From Kudoa neothunni (taxonomy: Eukaryota > Animalia > Cnidaria), in the NCBI GenBank assembly GCA_964304625.1, contig OZ199839.1:2110093-2174092 (forward strand): DNA of 64,000 bases, read 5' to 3'. The position numbers were made by a program, and so were the translations under genes. Shown piece by piece: positions 15,315 to 28,261 of the stretch (within the stretch, counting starts at the first letter, position 1; each line of letters begins with the position of its first letter). Under the pieces are notes generated by a model. It was given only the letters and a program-made list of their open reading frames with translations. It made no database searches and was not told the DNA's origin.

Positions 15315-16507
15315 ATGGATATCGAAGAAAAATACAATTTACCAACCTATTTTGAAAGCGTTTGCTCAGAATTAGAGGCGTTAAACTTAGAGGACGAATC
15401 CTGGAAAGATGCGACCGGAGTATTCCATCATCTAATTGTATATGATTTAAATATGTTCATATAGTTAATATATAAATTACCAACAAACGAAGAAAGAGTA
15501 AGGCTTTTGCTTCGTGTAATGTCCACTCATAAATCACCCCGAGTATCACCTAATCGTTGATTAACATTACGCAAGTAATTTGTGTTTTAGTTGAGAAGGA
15601 CAGCTACTTCAATACTCAAAGTCATATTATCAGGGTTGCTTCATAGAAATGACACTTCGGATGCATTTATCAATGAATGCAAGTCCTGCGTTGCCAATCT
15701 AATTATCGTTGACCACGATGAAATCTATCAAAACGAACTTATTTCAATTGGTTTTACCCTTATTGAAGTTCTTATTAAAGGAAAGAAAGATAAATGGGAG
15801 GCTATTTCAGAATTTGTAATAAGATTACTATCAGCGGATCACCCAATAATAACGGAATTGATACATAAATCATTGAAGTACATTTTTTGTTTTTCAGTTT
15901 GACCTCATAAACTCCTAGAGAACATCATCATTTGTTCGGCAAAATAAAAACAAGTTATTCGTCGCAATATGGGAAATTTTTGATAGCATGTTTTAAAGAG
16001 GCGGCCTACAAACCCAAAGTAAAAAAAATTTGGTTCATCGATTACTTTAATAGAAACATCATAAAACAGTTTGATTCGACGTAGGAATTTTTAGATTATA
16101 TATCGACTAAAAATATTTTTTAAATATCTATTTCTGCAACATTTGTTTTCAACTTTATTTAGGTAGCATTATTTGGATTGAACATGTGGCAATATGTATT
16201 TTGCTGTCAAAAATCCTTATATTGCAAAAGAAAGTTTTTCAAAATGATACCTTATTTGACCGACGCACTGTATAAGGTGGCCATGACAGCCGAAGGATAT
16301 GAATTTGTGAAGCGTTTCAAATGCGCCTTTTACCTGAATAGGCGACTATTCCAATCAAATAGCAAAGATATTATCAGACAAATTGTTTCACTACTACATT
16401 ATCCTACTATCGATAAAATGGTTGAATCAGAGCTTCTTACTCTTATTTCTTTACTGAAAGATTTCAGAAATCATTTGCATTTGGTGAATGACAATACTTG
16501 GTTATGA
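15315..16507 (+). CDS. Tandem family copy C (5 exons)
   Basis: ATG 15315 (MDIEEKYNLPTYFESVCSEL...), LRRTATSILKVILSG exon, EHHHLFGK exon, VALFGLNMWQY exon; all junctions GT-AG and in frame. Confidence 0.8.
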
Positions 16508-17242
16508 GATTTTATCAAAACCCCACAAAAAGATAAAGAGGTCCACGCTGTCTGATATCAACATGCCCAACTTTCGCTGACATCATTATTCTAATTAACG
16601 TCTAAGTTTGAATCCGTCATTTGTTTATTTATGGTTCTTTTCTGAATTTATTATGTTTTTACTCTTTGTTTTGAATAATAGAGAAATATTATAATTCATA
16701 ATCTACGTTATAAATTTGTATACTTACATAAATAAATTTATAATTTATATTAACCTATAAGAGTGTCATGAAATCCCCTATTTAAACGATAAATTACAAA
16801 TGTCTGATGTTACCTAAAAATTGAATACAAACGGAATACTGGAAACAATCTCGCTAGAATGCTTACCATTTAAATTATATAAAAAATGCACGAATTTCCG
16901 CATTCTGACATATTAATGTAAATATTCCCCCAAATTTTTTTCTGCTTAAATATTCGCCACAGAGCATTCTAATTTACCTAATATTAGAATTTGGAAATTT
17001 TAGAATTATTTTTGACTAAACGCTTCTACCAAATATGGATTAAAAAAGTTTTAGCATTTTCCCCAAAATTTTTTATTGAGTTTGCACATGCAAGAAAAAT
17101 AAATTTCTTATTTTTAACTAGAAATGTCGTCATTCAGGTAATAGTCGGTATAATTTTTATTAAGAAAAATTTTCAGTGTTAATGCATTCTAGTTTTTCTA
17201 ACTAATAAATATGGAGTTTATTTAATGCACTTTTCATATTAA

Positions 17243-19658
17243 CCCTTCTGACCCGAAAAAAAATCGAGAAAAAATATTTTCCATTATATATCATTTCCAG
17301 ATATAAAATTAAAGTGGAATACACTACCTTTGGTTTAGAAAGTATTATAAATAATTAAATAACTACATGATGCCATATAGCATCGTTCGGCGACTCAAAT
17401 TGTAAGATAGTTGTCACTACACATGCGTTTATATTAAGCGAATATAGAAAACACTGATTTTATCAAAATAACTTAAAATTTACATATTAAACAATGAAAA
17501 TTTATTTAGCATGATATGAAACAAAACAATTTTTGCCACTATTGAGACATAGATGCAAGTTACATTTAATGAAAAAGGTTCCGCAATACATGTCACATAA
17601 TTTGCACCTTTTTTGGTTTGATCCATGTCTGGAAAATGAAAATATCCATCAAACAGAGCGTTCGACGTTATTCCATTCTCACTAGTTTTATACCTTCTAG
17701 CGACAAAGATTGGAGTACTTAAAATCTTAGTTGAAGCAGACGGTCGACCTCTCTTTGGGATTAAGCTGACATTTTGACCAAAAAAACCAAGTCTTCACTT
17801 ACTTCGATGCAAAACTCTTGTAAATCCATCATTTGTTTGGTTTTTACACCAAGCGAGTTACATTGCCATCGGTAGAGAAGCCATCCATTTAGAGGGCACA
17901 GATTTAAACACCAAAATAATATTCGGTTATACCATTTGCATGATTCGTGGTCCAAACGATACTAAGCCATTAGAATGTCAAATAAATCAACACCACCATG
18001 TGTTTGTTGTACGTTTTGACCATGTTAGGGTAGGTTATTGTTATCATATTCTTTGCTTCCTTGTCGAATCGAGGTATAGAGGAGAGAGGAAACACAGAGT
18101 AATAGGTTGACGATACGTTAACAATAGACCCATCAAGCCATATTAAAACGTTAATTTTGGTCCCATTCAAATGGTAGATTCCAAACTCGAAACTTCATTC
18201 CTCTAACTTTTTCATATGTTTGTTACCCTTGAAGGGGCGTTTATCCATGCGATTTTTTCTGATGGTGGAGGTTGAGAAATAATTATCATAATATATATGA
18301 TAAGTTTTGTGGGGTAGTGTCTCGCAGAGCTTCATCACGATATCGGAGGAGTTGTTCCCAGTGCTTGTTCGGGGAGTAATTGTAGGCCTACCGCCAAAAA
18401 AGAAATCATGGATTATTCCACCCTCGCCGTTTCTTGTGTAAACTTTGAAACCTAGTTCGTAGGTTTTGATGAGAGATAACGTTTTAAGTTTGTTTTACCA
18501 TTGAATGGGATCATCTGTTCGTCAATCGACTGGTTGTACTCAGGTTCGACTTCCAAATGTACTCGTTTCATTATATTAAGGACAGGCTTTATTTTATAAA
18601 ATAGGACGTATCCAGAATGGTCCGGTGATGGTATGGCATTGTTGTTGTTATCGCAAAAATGAAGATATCGTAGTAGTAGCCCGAACTTATCTCTGGTCAT
18701 TCGCTCAGTTATAGTATTGTAGCTCGGCTATTTGACCAATAAATTTTGTACCTTGGCAATTTTACAATTGACGTACGTACGAGAATCCCGATGAGTAAAC
18801 GAATTTCTTCAACCGTTGTTTTAAATGTTGAATTTAAACAGAAGAATATTTATTTGTTTCATCAGTTATCAACTCAAACAGCTCATCAGTAAAGAACCGA
18901 TTAAAATAAGAATATGGATCCATAATGGTATTGTCAATATCTTTAAACAATAATTCAGATTCACTTAATTGCGGCATTTCGATGAACTCATTAAAAATCC
19001 ATCTTGTCTCTGAGACAGTCTGTTATGTATGTAATGGCGGGTGCGCAGATATATAGTGTTCGGTTTGGCATTGTGTTTGTCTTGGCGCTTACATTCATCA
19101 CACAGTCCCTTCTGAGTCACTTTCGTTTTCAGACAAGGAGCAGTCACTTGAAGAAATATTGTTTTCATCATTATCAGATTGATTTTCGGCATCAGATTTG
19201 TCAGGGTCTGGGAGCGGCTCTAATTGTTTTAATACTCTGCCTGGTTTTATTATTTTCGCGACAAAATTGGCATCCATCACAAATCTTCACCAGATATCGT
19301 ATGCGCTCCGAATGATGCCATATGGCGTCATTCGTTGTTTCACCTCCCGAACCCGCTATATATCATTATTTTTAAAATTGGATCCAATTTTTGAAATTTA
19401 TTTGCTTAATAATAAATGATTATATTTTTAATTTTAAAAATATAGATTCGTTATTTCGTAAATATCGATACAATAATCCATTTTTTGTTAGCACCGTTCG
19501 CGCTATTTGTTTCCTATTTTGTAATGAACAAACAATAGATAATTCTAAATTTTTAAATTTATTTAATAAAGCATGTGTTATATTTTTATACAACGATAGA
19601 TTTAAATTGTAGATACAAAGATGGAATAGATATTCCGGCATCATTCGAGTCGAAAGGG
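17243..19658 (-). mobile_element. piggyBac DNA transposon, degraded
   Basis: TTAA on both sides; TIRs CCCTTCTGACCCGAA / CCCTTTCGACTCGAA; transposase fragments MTRDKF..LLRYLHFCDN, SIDEQMIPF.GK, W.D..V...ST, YNKHM, KWY.RIL.W, and a Cys-rich C-terminal remnant. Confidence 0.92.
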
Positions 19659-20745
19659 TTAAACCGACCATAAACATGTGTTAATTCTGTTGTTGAATTC
19701 AAGTAATCCGATAAACAAACTTTAAATTGACAAAATCACCATTTCCAACACATTTATGGGAACATTTGGAAATGTGAAAACGATTTTTGAAATATTGTGA
19801 CTTTTAAAAAATTTCATAAATGTCTCTATAATATAAAGAAAAAATTGACGCACATGCGTACTTGGTGACACACAGACACCTCAGCTTTAATTATAATCGT
19901 TAGATTTCCACCCCAATTTTATTTTGAAGGTGTTTTTACATTAACTTTTTTGATGTAAGACAAAAAAAATTTCTACTCATTTTTATGAAAGTTTTAATAA
20001 AGATTACAAAAAATGGAGAGGAGTTATCTTCCATTTGTACACCATAATATTGTTGGCGAAATTCACTTGGGGTAGAAATCTACCCCATTTTATTTAGAAG
20101 ATTAAGTCAACCAACTCTAATTTTGTTGGATTGCTATATTTCATCCTTAGCGATTGTCAATTATTAAATCTGTCCATGAGAAAAAAGAATTCGTATTTTA
20201 TGCAAGCATTAGGTGCTCAATTGTAGCAAATGCATAACCATAATATCCAAAATAATATATTGAATAAAAATAAGTCATTCCAGCCAGAAATTATAGCATA
20301 CATATAACGCAAATCTAGGTTTAAAAATATAGGATTAATATTCGAACTAATTGTGATCTTAATCTGAAATTCGGCCATTATTCTGCATTTTAACCGAGTG
20401 AATAAATTAAAGGTTATTAATTTATGAAACATTTTAATGTGTGGTGATTAATTTTTATTACGAGATCAAAGGGGTTGTTGATGTAAGAAGTTCTTTAAAT
20501 AGTCGTCCAGCATAGCATATTGATCGGAATGTTGAATTATATTTTTTGGAATTAGAGTTTGTTTAATTGATAATCTTTTTATATGTTTAGATTGTGATAT
20601 TATTCCCCACTTATTATTTATAAGATTAAATAAATGGATAAGCTCCTTATTTATTCGAGGTACACATTAGTGTTTTCACTTCATTCGGAAAGATAAATTC
20701 TTAGTGATAGCTAATAAGATAATTTCCTCTTCATTTTCTAAATAA

Positions 20746-22009
20746 ATGGATAATAATGAAAAATACGATATACCAACCTATTTTGAAAGTTTTTGCTCAG
20801 AATTAGAGGAATTAAACTTAGAGGACGAATCTTGGAAAAAAGCGAGTGGAGTATTCTATCACCTAGTTGTAAATGAGTTGAATATGGAAATATAGTTAAT
20901 ATACAAATTACCAACAAACGAAGAAAGAATAAGGCTCCTGTTTCGTGTACTGTCCTCTCATAAATCACCCCAAGTACCCAATTGTTGATTAGAGTTAAAC
21001 GAGTAATTTGTGTTATAGTTGAGAAGGACAGCCACTTCAATACTCAAGGTCATATTATCAGGACTGCTTTCTAGAAATGACACTTCGGATGAATTTATCA
21101 ATGAATGCAAATCTTGCATTGCCAATCTGATTATTGTCGATTATGATGTGACCTATCAAAATGAGCTCATTTCAATTGGTTTTATCCTTATTGGAATCCT
21201 TATTAAAGGAAAAAAAAATAAATGGGAGATTATTTCAGAATTTATAATAAGATTGCTATCGGCGGATCAACCAGTCATAACGGAATTAATACTTCAATCA
21301 TTAAAGTATATTTTTTATTTTTCAGTTTGACCTTATACATTCCTAGAGATCATCATCATTTGTTTGGTAAAGCTAAATATAGCTACTCGTCGCAGTACAG
21401 GAAATTTTTGGTGGCATGTTTTAAAGAGGCGGTCTATAAACCCAAAGTAAGCATATTTATCGAGTTAGGATTTATTTATTAGTGACATCACAATAGAGTT
21501 TGATTCACGTTAGGAATTTTTAAATCATATCTCGATTAAATATATCTTTTAAATACCTGTCTAAAAACGTTGTTCTCAACATTATTTAGGTGGCATTATT
21601 TGGAATGAACATGTGGCAATATATATTTTGCTGTCAAAAATCTTTATATTGCAAAAGGAAATTTTCAAAAATCATACCCCATCTATTGGATGCATTGGAT
21701 GAAGTGGCCCCTACGACCGAAGGGTATGAGTTTGTGAAACGTTTCAGATGTGCATTTTATTTGAACGAATCACTGTTCGAATTTTGCAGCAAAGATGTTA
21801 TTCAGAGGATTGTTGAACTAATGTATAAGGCAAACATTGACAAATCAACGGAATCTGAGCTCTTTGGTCTTCTCTCCTTGTTAAGAGACTTGAGGGATAA
21901 ATTATTGGTATTAAACGACGGTATTCCCTGGTATGATTGGGTTAGAAAAAAACAGAAAAAGACAAAAAAGTCTTCAAAATCTGATAACAGCGATTTCAAA
22001 CTTGGATAA
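20746..22009 (+). CDS. Tandem family copy D (5 exons; Lys-rich C-terminal tail)
   Basis: ATG 20746 (MDNNEKYDIPTYFESFCSEL...); most similar to copy C, including ~300 bp upstream; ends ...WYDWVRKKQKKTKKSSKSDNSDFKLG. Confidence 0.82.
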
Positions 22010-23804
22010 GATCGAGATTCTGATAAACTTCTACATTAAAATTATTTATATGTTTTTAGTTTTGTTACTTGAAATATTTTGCATATGTCTAGTACTGATT
22101 ATTATATCTATTAATTTAGTATACTCAAACATAAAGTCTAATTCTAAATTTTTATATATAAAAATAAATATCATTTATACAAATTAACCCTCATTATCAC
22201 ATATTATCACATTATGTTTCAAAATTTGAAACATCTGACGGGTGATCATTTTTTAAATTTTTAAGATATATCATTAAACTTAAATCATGCAATAATCTTA
22301 AAAAGACAATAGATGGTTTTTCAATATGGCGAATATAATTCATAAAAATTATATTTTATTTTTATTTTATTGTCGGCGTAAATAATGAAGTTTACGCCTC
22401 AGATAGGTTAATTATGTTTTATGTATGGTTAAATTAATATTTCTCGTTTTTTCCTTCGCTGGTTCTAAAGTTGTACGCAGAAATAAATAGAATAACAAAC
22501 ACTCATTCATACAACGATGTCAAATTCCCCAAGCATTTTAGTTGAAGTTAGAAACGTAGTTACAATTTCTAGTAACCGTAGATTATTTATGTCTGATGTT
22601 ATTCATGTGAGAAAGTACAATTAATTGATTAACATGAGCCTTTTTAACCATGGTGAGAGTTAAGGTGTTTCTTACTCAATTTAACCTTTAAGGGACCGAG
22701 CGGGGTCTACCGAGACTCCAAGATACGTTTTTTTATCATAGTTCTAAAAATCGTCTTCGGTTGATGTTAAAATTATTAGAATACTCATAAAACACGTAAA
22801 CCTATATGTGTGGAAGAAAATCTTTTTTCTCTTTTTTTTAACTTTATAAGAAAACACATTATTTTGATTGCATGCAATTATAAATGTTCCTAACTTAAAT
22901 TATTTATTTTATTAATAATAATTTTAGTGAAATATTAAAAAATATATTTTGTTTAGACATTAAATGTGTTGGAAAATAACGACAAAAATCTCAGAAGATA
23001 GCCGCTATATATTACCTATAATTAATCCGACTGATCTCCTACGTTTTGTTGCTTTTCCTAAGACATTGAATTTGTTGTTCTTGACAAATAATTAAAATAA
23101 TGCTGGAAATTCCATCCGTGATTATTCCAAGGGTGAGACAACATCTGAATATATAATGTCTGAATAGGACCTGGAATGCATGGATGAATGCGTTATGACA
23201 TTGAGAAATGCGATGACCAATCAGGTCGTACTGATTATATACATAAGCATGTCTAAAATGTTTCAATGTTTTTCCTTAAATATTAATCCTCCAAAGTATA
23301 ATTAAAACTAACATTACTTTTTGTGCACTCTTTATAATTTCTCAATTTTTTATCTATTTTACTAAATTTTTGTACAGTATATAATAATAAAATTAGGAAG
23401 AAATAATCACAATAGTATGAAAAATGTTTATCTCCGGAGGATTTTTCAGGTCAAATTGACCCCAAGGTTTTATTTTACGATTATACTATAAAAAAATTTT
23501 AAACAATAAAGAGGTGATGTTTTATGAATTCCACCGACTCATTCTTTGGTAAAATGGTGACTAATATATTGTTTAATCTGTGTTAATATATTATTAATAA
23601 TCTCGGATCCTGTTCGCAAATGATCCTACGAAGAATGGATATTTCGCGTTCATTGTTTTAATCGATAAGTTGAGGAATCTATATTCCTCACGCAACAAAA
23701 CGATTATATAAATTTTCAAAAATTTGATCCTAATTATATAATTATTTGAACAATTTTTAAATATTGAGGGATGAGAAAATAACATTCAAAATTATTGAAT
23801 GATA

Positions 23805-25348
23805 CAGTAAGGTCTCGATATTGCGTGTTTTGTAGGGAATAGGAATTTTCTACGCAATACTGAGACCGGCGCATGCACAAACAACGAAAAATATTAATTT
23901 TTAACAACGAAGTCAACTATTTTTTGAAACTTATCTCTAATTTTAATAATTTCATATATTTCGTCCATTATGGGATGAGTATAGATTAAAGCAGAAGGAT
24001 TCTATTGCACATAAGCTTTTCTGATAATATTTATCGCATTTTGAAACAATAGAAATATCCTTATCGATTTGATATGATGCGTCCTCAATTACGGTTTCAG
24101 CTTCCTCCAATTCACTTACATCGTCAAAGTCGTCTAGCAATTTATTCGAAACAAACTTACCTGAAATGCGTATTTACCAACAATTATTGTTTCAGATGCG
24201 TATCCGACATCTGCATTAATATCCCCTTTATTTTATATTATTATTAATTTATTAGTTAATCGTACGATTTCTAAATATCTGAGATTTCTCGAAACAGTTT
24301 TCGATAGTTTTTCTTTCTACCATGTCCCATGCTTCATTCAACGTATTTAAACAATCCATAATCGTGTATTTGAAGGATGTTAAAGTATCCTCGCCGGACA
24401 GAAACTTTCTGGCAAACGATTCGCGTTAGTTTTCCTTCAAACTATGAATGATGCCGAGATCCATTGACTGGAGGACGCTGGTGGTGTTTTTAGGTAGGAA
24501 AAACAATTCAATGTTATTAAAGTGGTTCGTTAAATTGGGATGAGACGGGCATTGATCAAGGAGGATAAGGACTTTTCTCTTTTTTTGACTGAATTTGTTA
24601 TCTAAATTTTTAGGATTTCTAAGAATAGAGCCGCGGACATCCAACCATTTTTTGGGACTTTATTTTACTGAGAGATTTTTGACTCCATTAAAACAACGCG
24701 GCTTCATCCATATTTATAATATTTTCTCGTTTATACTAACCAAGAATATCTGAATTATTGTTAATCCATTCGGGGATCGCACTTACATCAGCACTCCCAG
24801 CCTCTCCATGTAATCTGATATTCATCAAACAATACCTTGTCTTGAAATTGGAGAACCAACCTTTACTACAATTAAAATCGTAAATTTTGAGATCTTCAGC
24901 TTTTTTGAAGCCTCTTCGTAAATAATAAATCCAGGAACATTTTCCTTCTTTTCTCTTTGGAGAACAATCCGAATGAATAGTAGACTTTCAAACCAATCAT
25001 ATTCCCTTTTTTTTAATACGACCATCAGAAAAATTCGAATCAACGATTTTGCTTTCCTTAGGCAACATTCTATCCAACCGAGAATAGCCTATGTTTATTT
25101 AATAATGATTAGAAATTAATGCTTCTCTGACATCTAACCATTTCAACTTCTGTAGCAGTACACAAAAGGTGGATTAATCGGGTTATTTTATGTTAAAAAT
25201 GCCACATAGTAGCAAGACCCTCGATTTTCACTGATCTTACATAAATATATTTTATTAATAATATAACAACCTTTCAGCCTATTAATTGTACAGTGTGAAT
25301 TAAACAAAGACTACAAATTGAAAACCACGCAATATCGTGACCTTACTG
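23805..25348 (-). mobile_element. pogo/Tigger DNA transposon, degraded
   Basis: TA-flanked TIRs CAGTAAGGTCTCGATATTGCGTG / CAGTAAGGTCACGATATTGCGTG; KVLILLDQCPSHP...FLPKNTTSVLQSMDLGII fragment. Confidence 0.88.
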
Positions 25349-28261
25349 TAATATTAAAAATAAGGCACTTTTGGAGTAGATTTAATTCACCTTTCTTTAT
25401 TATGTGTTATTTTGATTGATCTCAAAAGAAAGCTGAGAAGACCTAACTTAACTACTTAAAAAAATCACTTCTAATTATTAGACTTAAAATTAAAGTTTGA
25501 AAGTTTTTTAAATAACATTTAGACAGATTTGGCTATAGGGTAACTTAATATAGCGAGGTTCTGTTTCGTAAACCTATTTAATTATCTTTGATAAAATACT
25601 GGTATCAAATTTTTATTTAATATTAAAATTAAAAATTATGACATATGAGGTAACATACCCCAAAAATGCCAGTAAATCAAAATAAATATTGTGATTGTTT
25701 ATGTTTAATGTCTCATACTTTTTTTGCTCAAAATTTAATATTAATTTCATATCTAAGATCATTTTGGTAATGGTAAAATATGCGGCACCTAAAAAGGTCC
25801 TCTTGCGCAAGTTTTTCGATTTTCTTTTTTCACGCTTATCTATGATAAAATAAAAAAATATGGAGAGCGAAAATTTAGATCAAAATAATAACTTCTAAAT
25901 TTTCAGAATTTTCATTCGAACGCTGTCGAATACACGTGTAATCTCCATCCTTTTTTTCCAAAAAACATTGAATTGCTCTCTAATTTGTTTTGATAGTCAT
26001 TCATAAATTGGTTAAGATTCATACTTTTTATCATAAAATATAATTTTTACAATATCAGATTTATCTATATATGTTTTTATTGGTTTTATATGTAAATAGT
26101 TTAAAAACGAGAAGACAATCACGTGCTCTCAAAATGCATTGTTTTAATTTTCTTAGAACTGATGATTTTTGTTAGTAATAAATCAACACTACATTTTAGA
26201 TAAACATTTAATTTCAATAGGTAAATAACCTAAAGGGTATTATATGAAGTTATTAGATTACTAGAGGAGTTCTTACCTGTGTATTTAGTATAACATTCGA
26301 TGAACGTAAAAAAATTGTTATAATAAAATTCGAAGAATTGTTATTTCTATAAATTTATTAGTTTTAGTAAATTATAAGTGTATCGATGAAAATAATAACG
26401 TTGGTTAACATAATGTATTTACACCTTGTAATATTCTTAATTCGTATATTTGACAGATTTTGTTGTTCCCAGATTAGGACATATTAAAAAAACTTAAAAA
26501 CAATAAAAAAATAACTTACTATTTTTTCTTCGATATTTTTAAAATACTGAAAAGTAAAACAATTGAATATTATCATTTAAAAAATTAGGTTTCTGAATTT
26601 TAATAATAAAAATAGAATAAATTCTTCATTTCTAACAACAAATTAAATAAAAAAAATTATAAACTAAAAAAATTGAACGACATCAGAATCTATTTTATAA
26701 AGCAGAAAAAGTATTTCTATCATAATGAAAGAGAGATCTTTCTGTAAAACACGCAATAAGTTTATTTTTAAAGTTAGTCCATATAAAAGTGTTATAATCA
26801 ATGATGAAAATCTAAATAATAATAATAAAAAACAAACCTTTAGGTTAATAACAAAAAAAGCGAAAAAATATGGAGATTACACGTGTACTCGACCGCGTTC
26901 GGATGAAAATTCTGAAAATTTAGAAGTTATTATTTTGAGGGCCATGGGGTTCGACTCTCATCCGCTACACCGCATATTTTCCCACTATCCCCTACACGAA
27001 ACGCACGAATGGTTTCGTGTCCATAACTTTAAGATCAGAAAACTTCGTGCGCTCATGACACGAACGGGCATTTTTTGCATTATTCCCATTTACAATCTTC
27101 AGCCAATATGGCTCATCAAGTCAACTTTAGTAATCAAACTTTTCTCTTTCCTCTCATTTTAAAGTATTTAATTTTATATACAATGATAACATTTAAGATA
27201 ATATTTTAAGAAAAATTGAAAATATTCTCCGTGTCGTTTGGTTGTTATGATAACTTTCATCCATAATTTTGTCATTGCATGAATTTTCAAGTTGGGAAAA
27301 TCAATTTCATTATCGGAACCATAGTAACTTGATATGAGATTCATAATTGTAAGTCCTAAATTCAGAATTTGTTTTTTCAAAATACGATCCAAATATTCCC
27401 TTAATGCACAAATCAGATCGTTGTTATCATGTAATTTGCCAGAAACACCGAATAAAGTGCACATAGACGTCATTTAGGAGGAATATTTACCTTTAGCATA
27501 TTGCACACACGCACGCGCAATATCAATTTTTAATCCCAGCAACTCTCATTTATACGTGATATTAAAATTTTATTCTCAATTAACTATTATGGTTAATAAT
27601 TTTTAAGCCTTAATTATGCTTTTAAAAGTTAAAATAATTATACAGAATCGTAACTACACAGGATTAAATTTGCTCAATCTAATAGGTACTTCCTCCGTAA
27701 TAAACCTTCAAATGAATTCCACTATCTTTTATAGCTTCCTTTACTAGTTACATTGTAATTGGAGTCAAACATTCAAGATTTCAAATTTTTTTTCTAATAG
27801 ACGTAAACTTTTTCAAGAGGAACTCTAATTTAGATAGTGACAGTTATGTGATATTCACACTATTTAACTACGTGGTCCTGTCGTAATCAAAAAATTTCAA
27901 TTTAAATATACTCAGTGCCATTTACTTAGGTAATGTAGATAAATAATGTCAATTTGTGAGAAACAAAAATCAACGATAAATAATCAAATTTTTGTTTGAT
28001 TCTGAAAAAAAAAATAAATTTAATAAATAGAAAAAGTAACTAATTTAATTTTTGTGTAGTTTTAGGAACTAAGAAATAATACACGGAATTACGAAATAAA
28101 ATGATGTTGATAGAATTGGCATGACAGTGTTAATTGGATAAAGGCGGAATTGAACGAAAACAAAAGTAATACTAAAGTTAAAATTTTGTCCACTAAAATC
28201 AACATTGTTAGATTGGTAGTTCTACTTTGAAGTAGCCCTAAACATATTACTACAAACATCG

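Noticed and set aside
26925-26972. tRNA-like B-box (GGTTCGACTC)
   Set aside because: No cloverleaf or A-box could be built; at most a tRNA/SINE relic.
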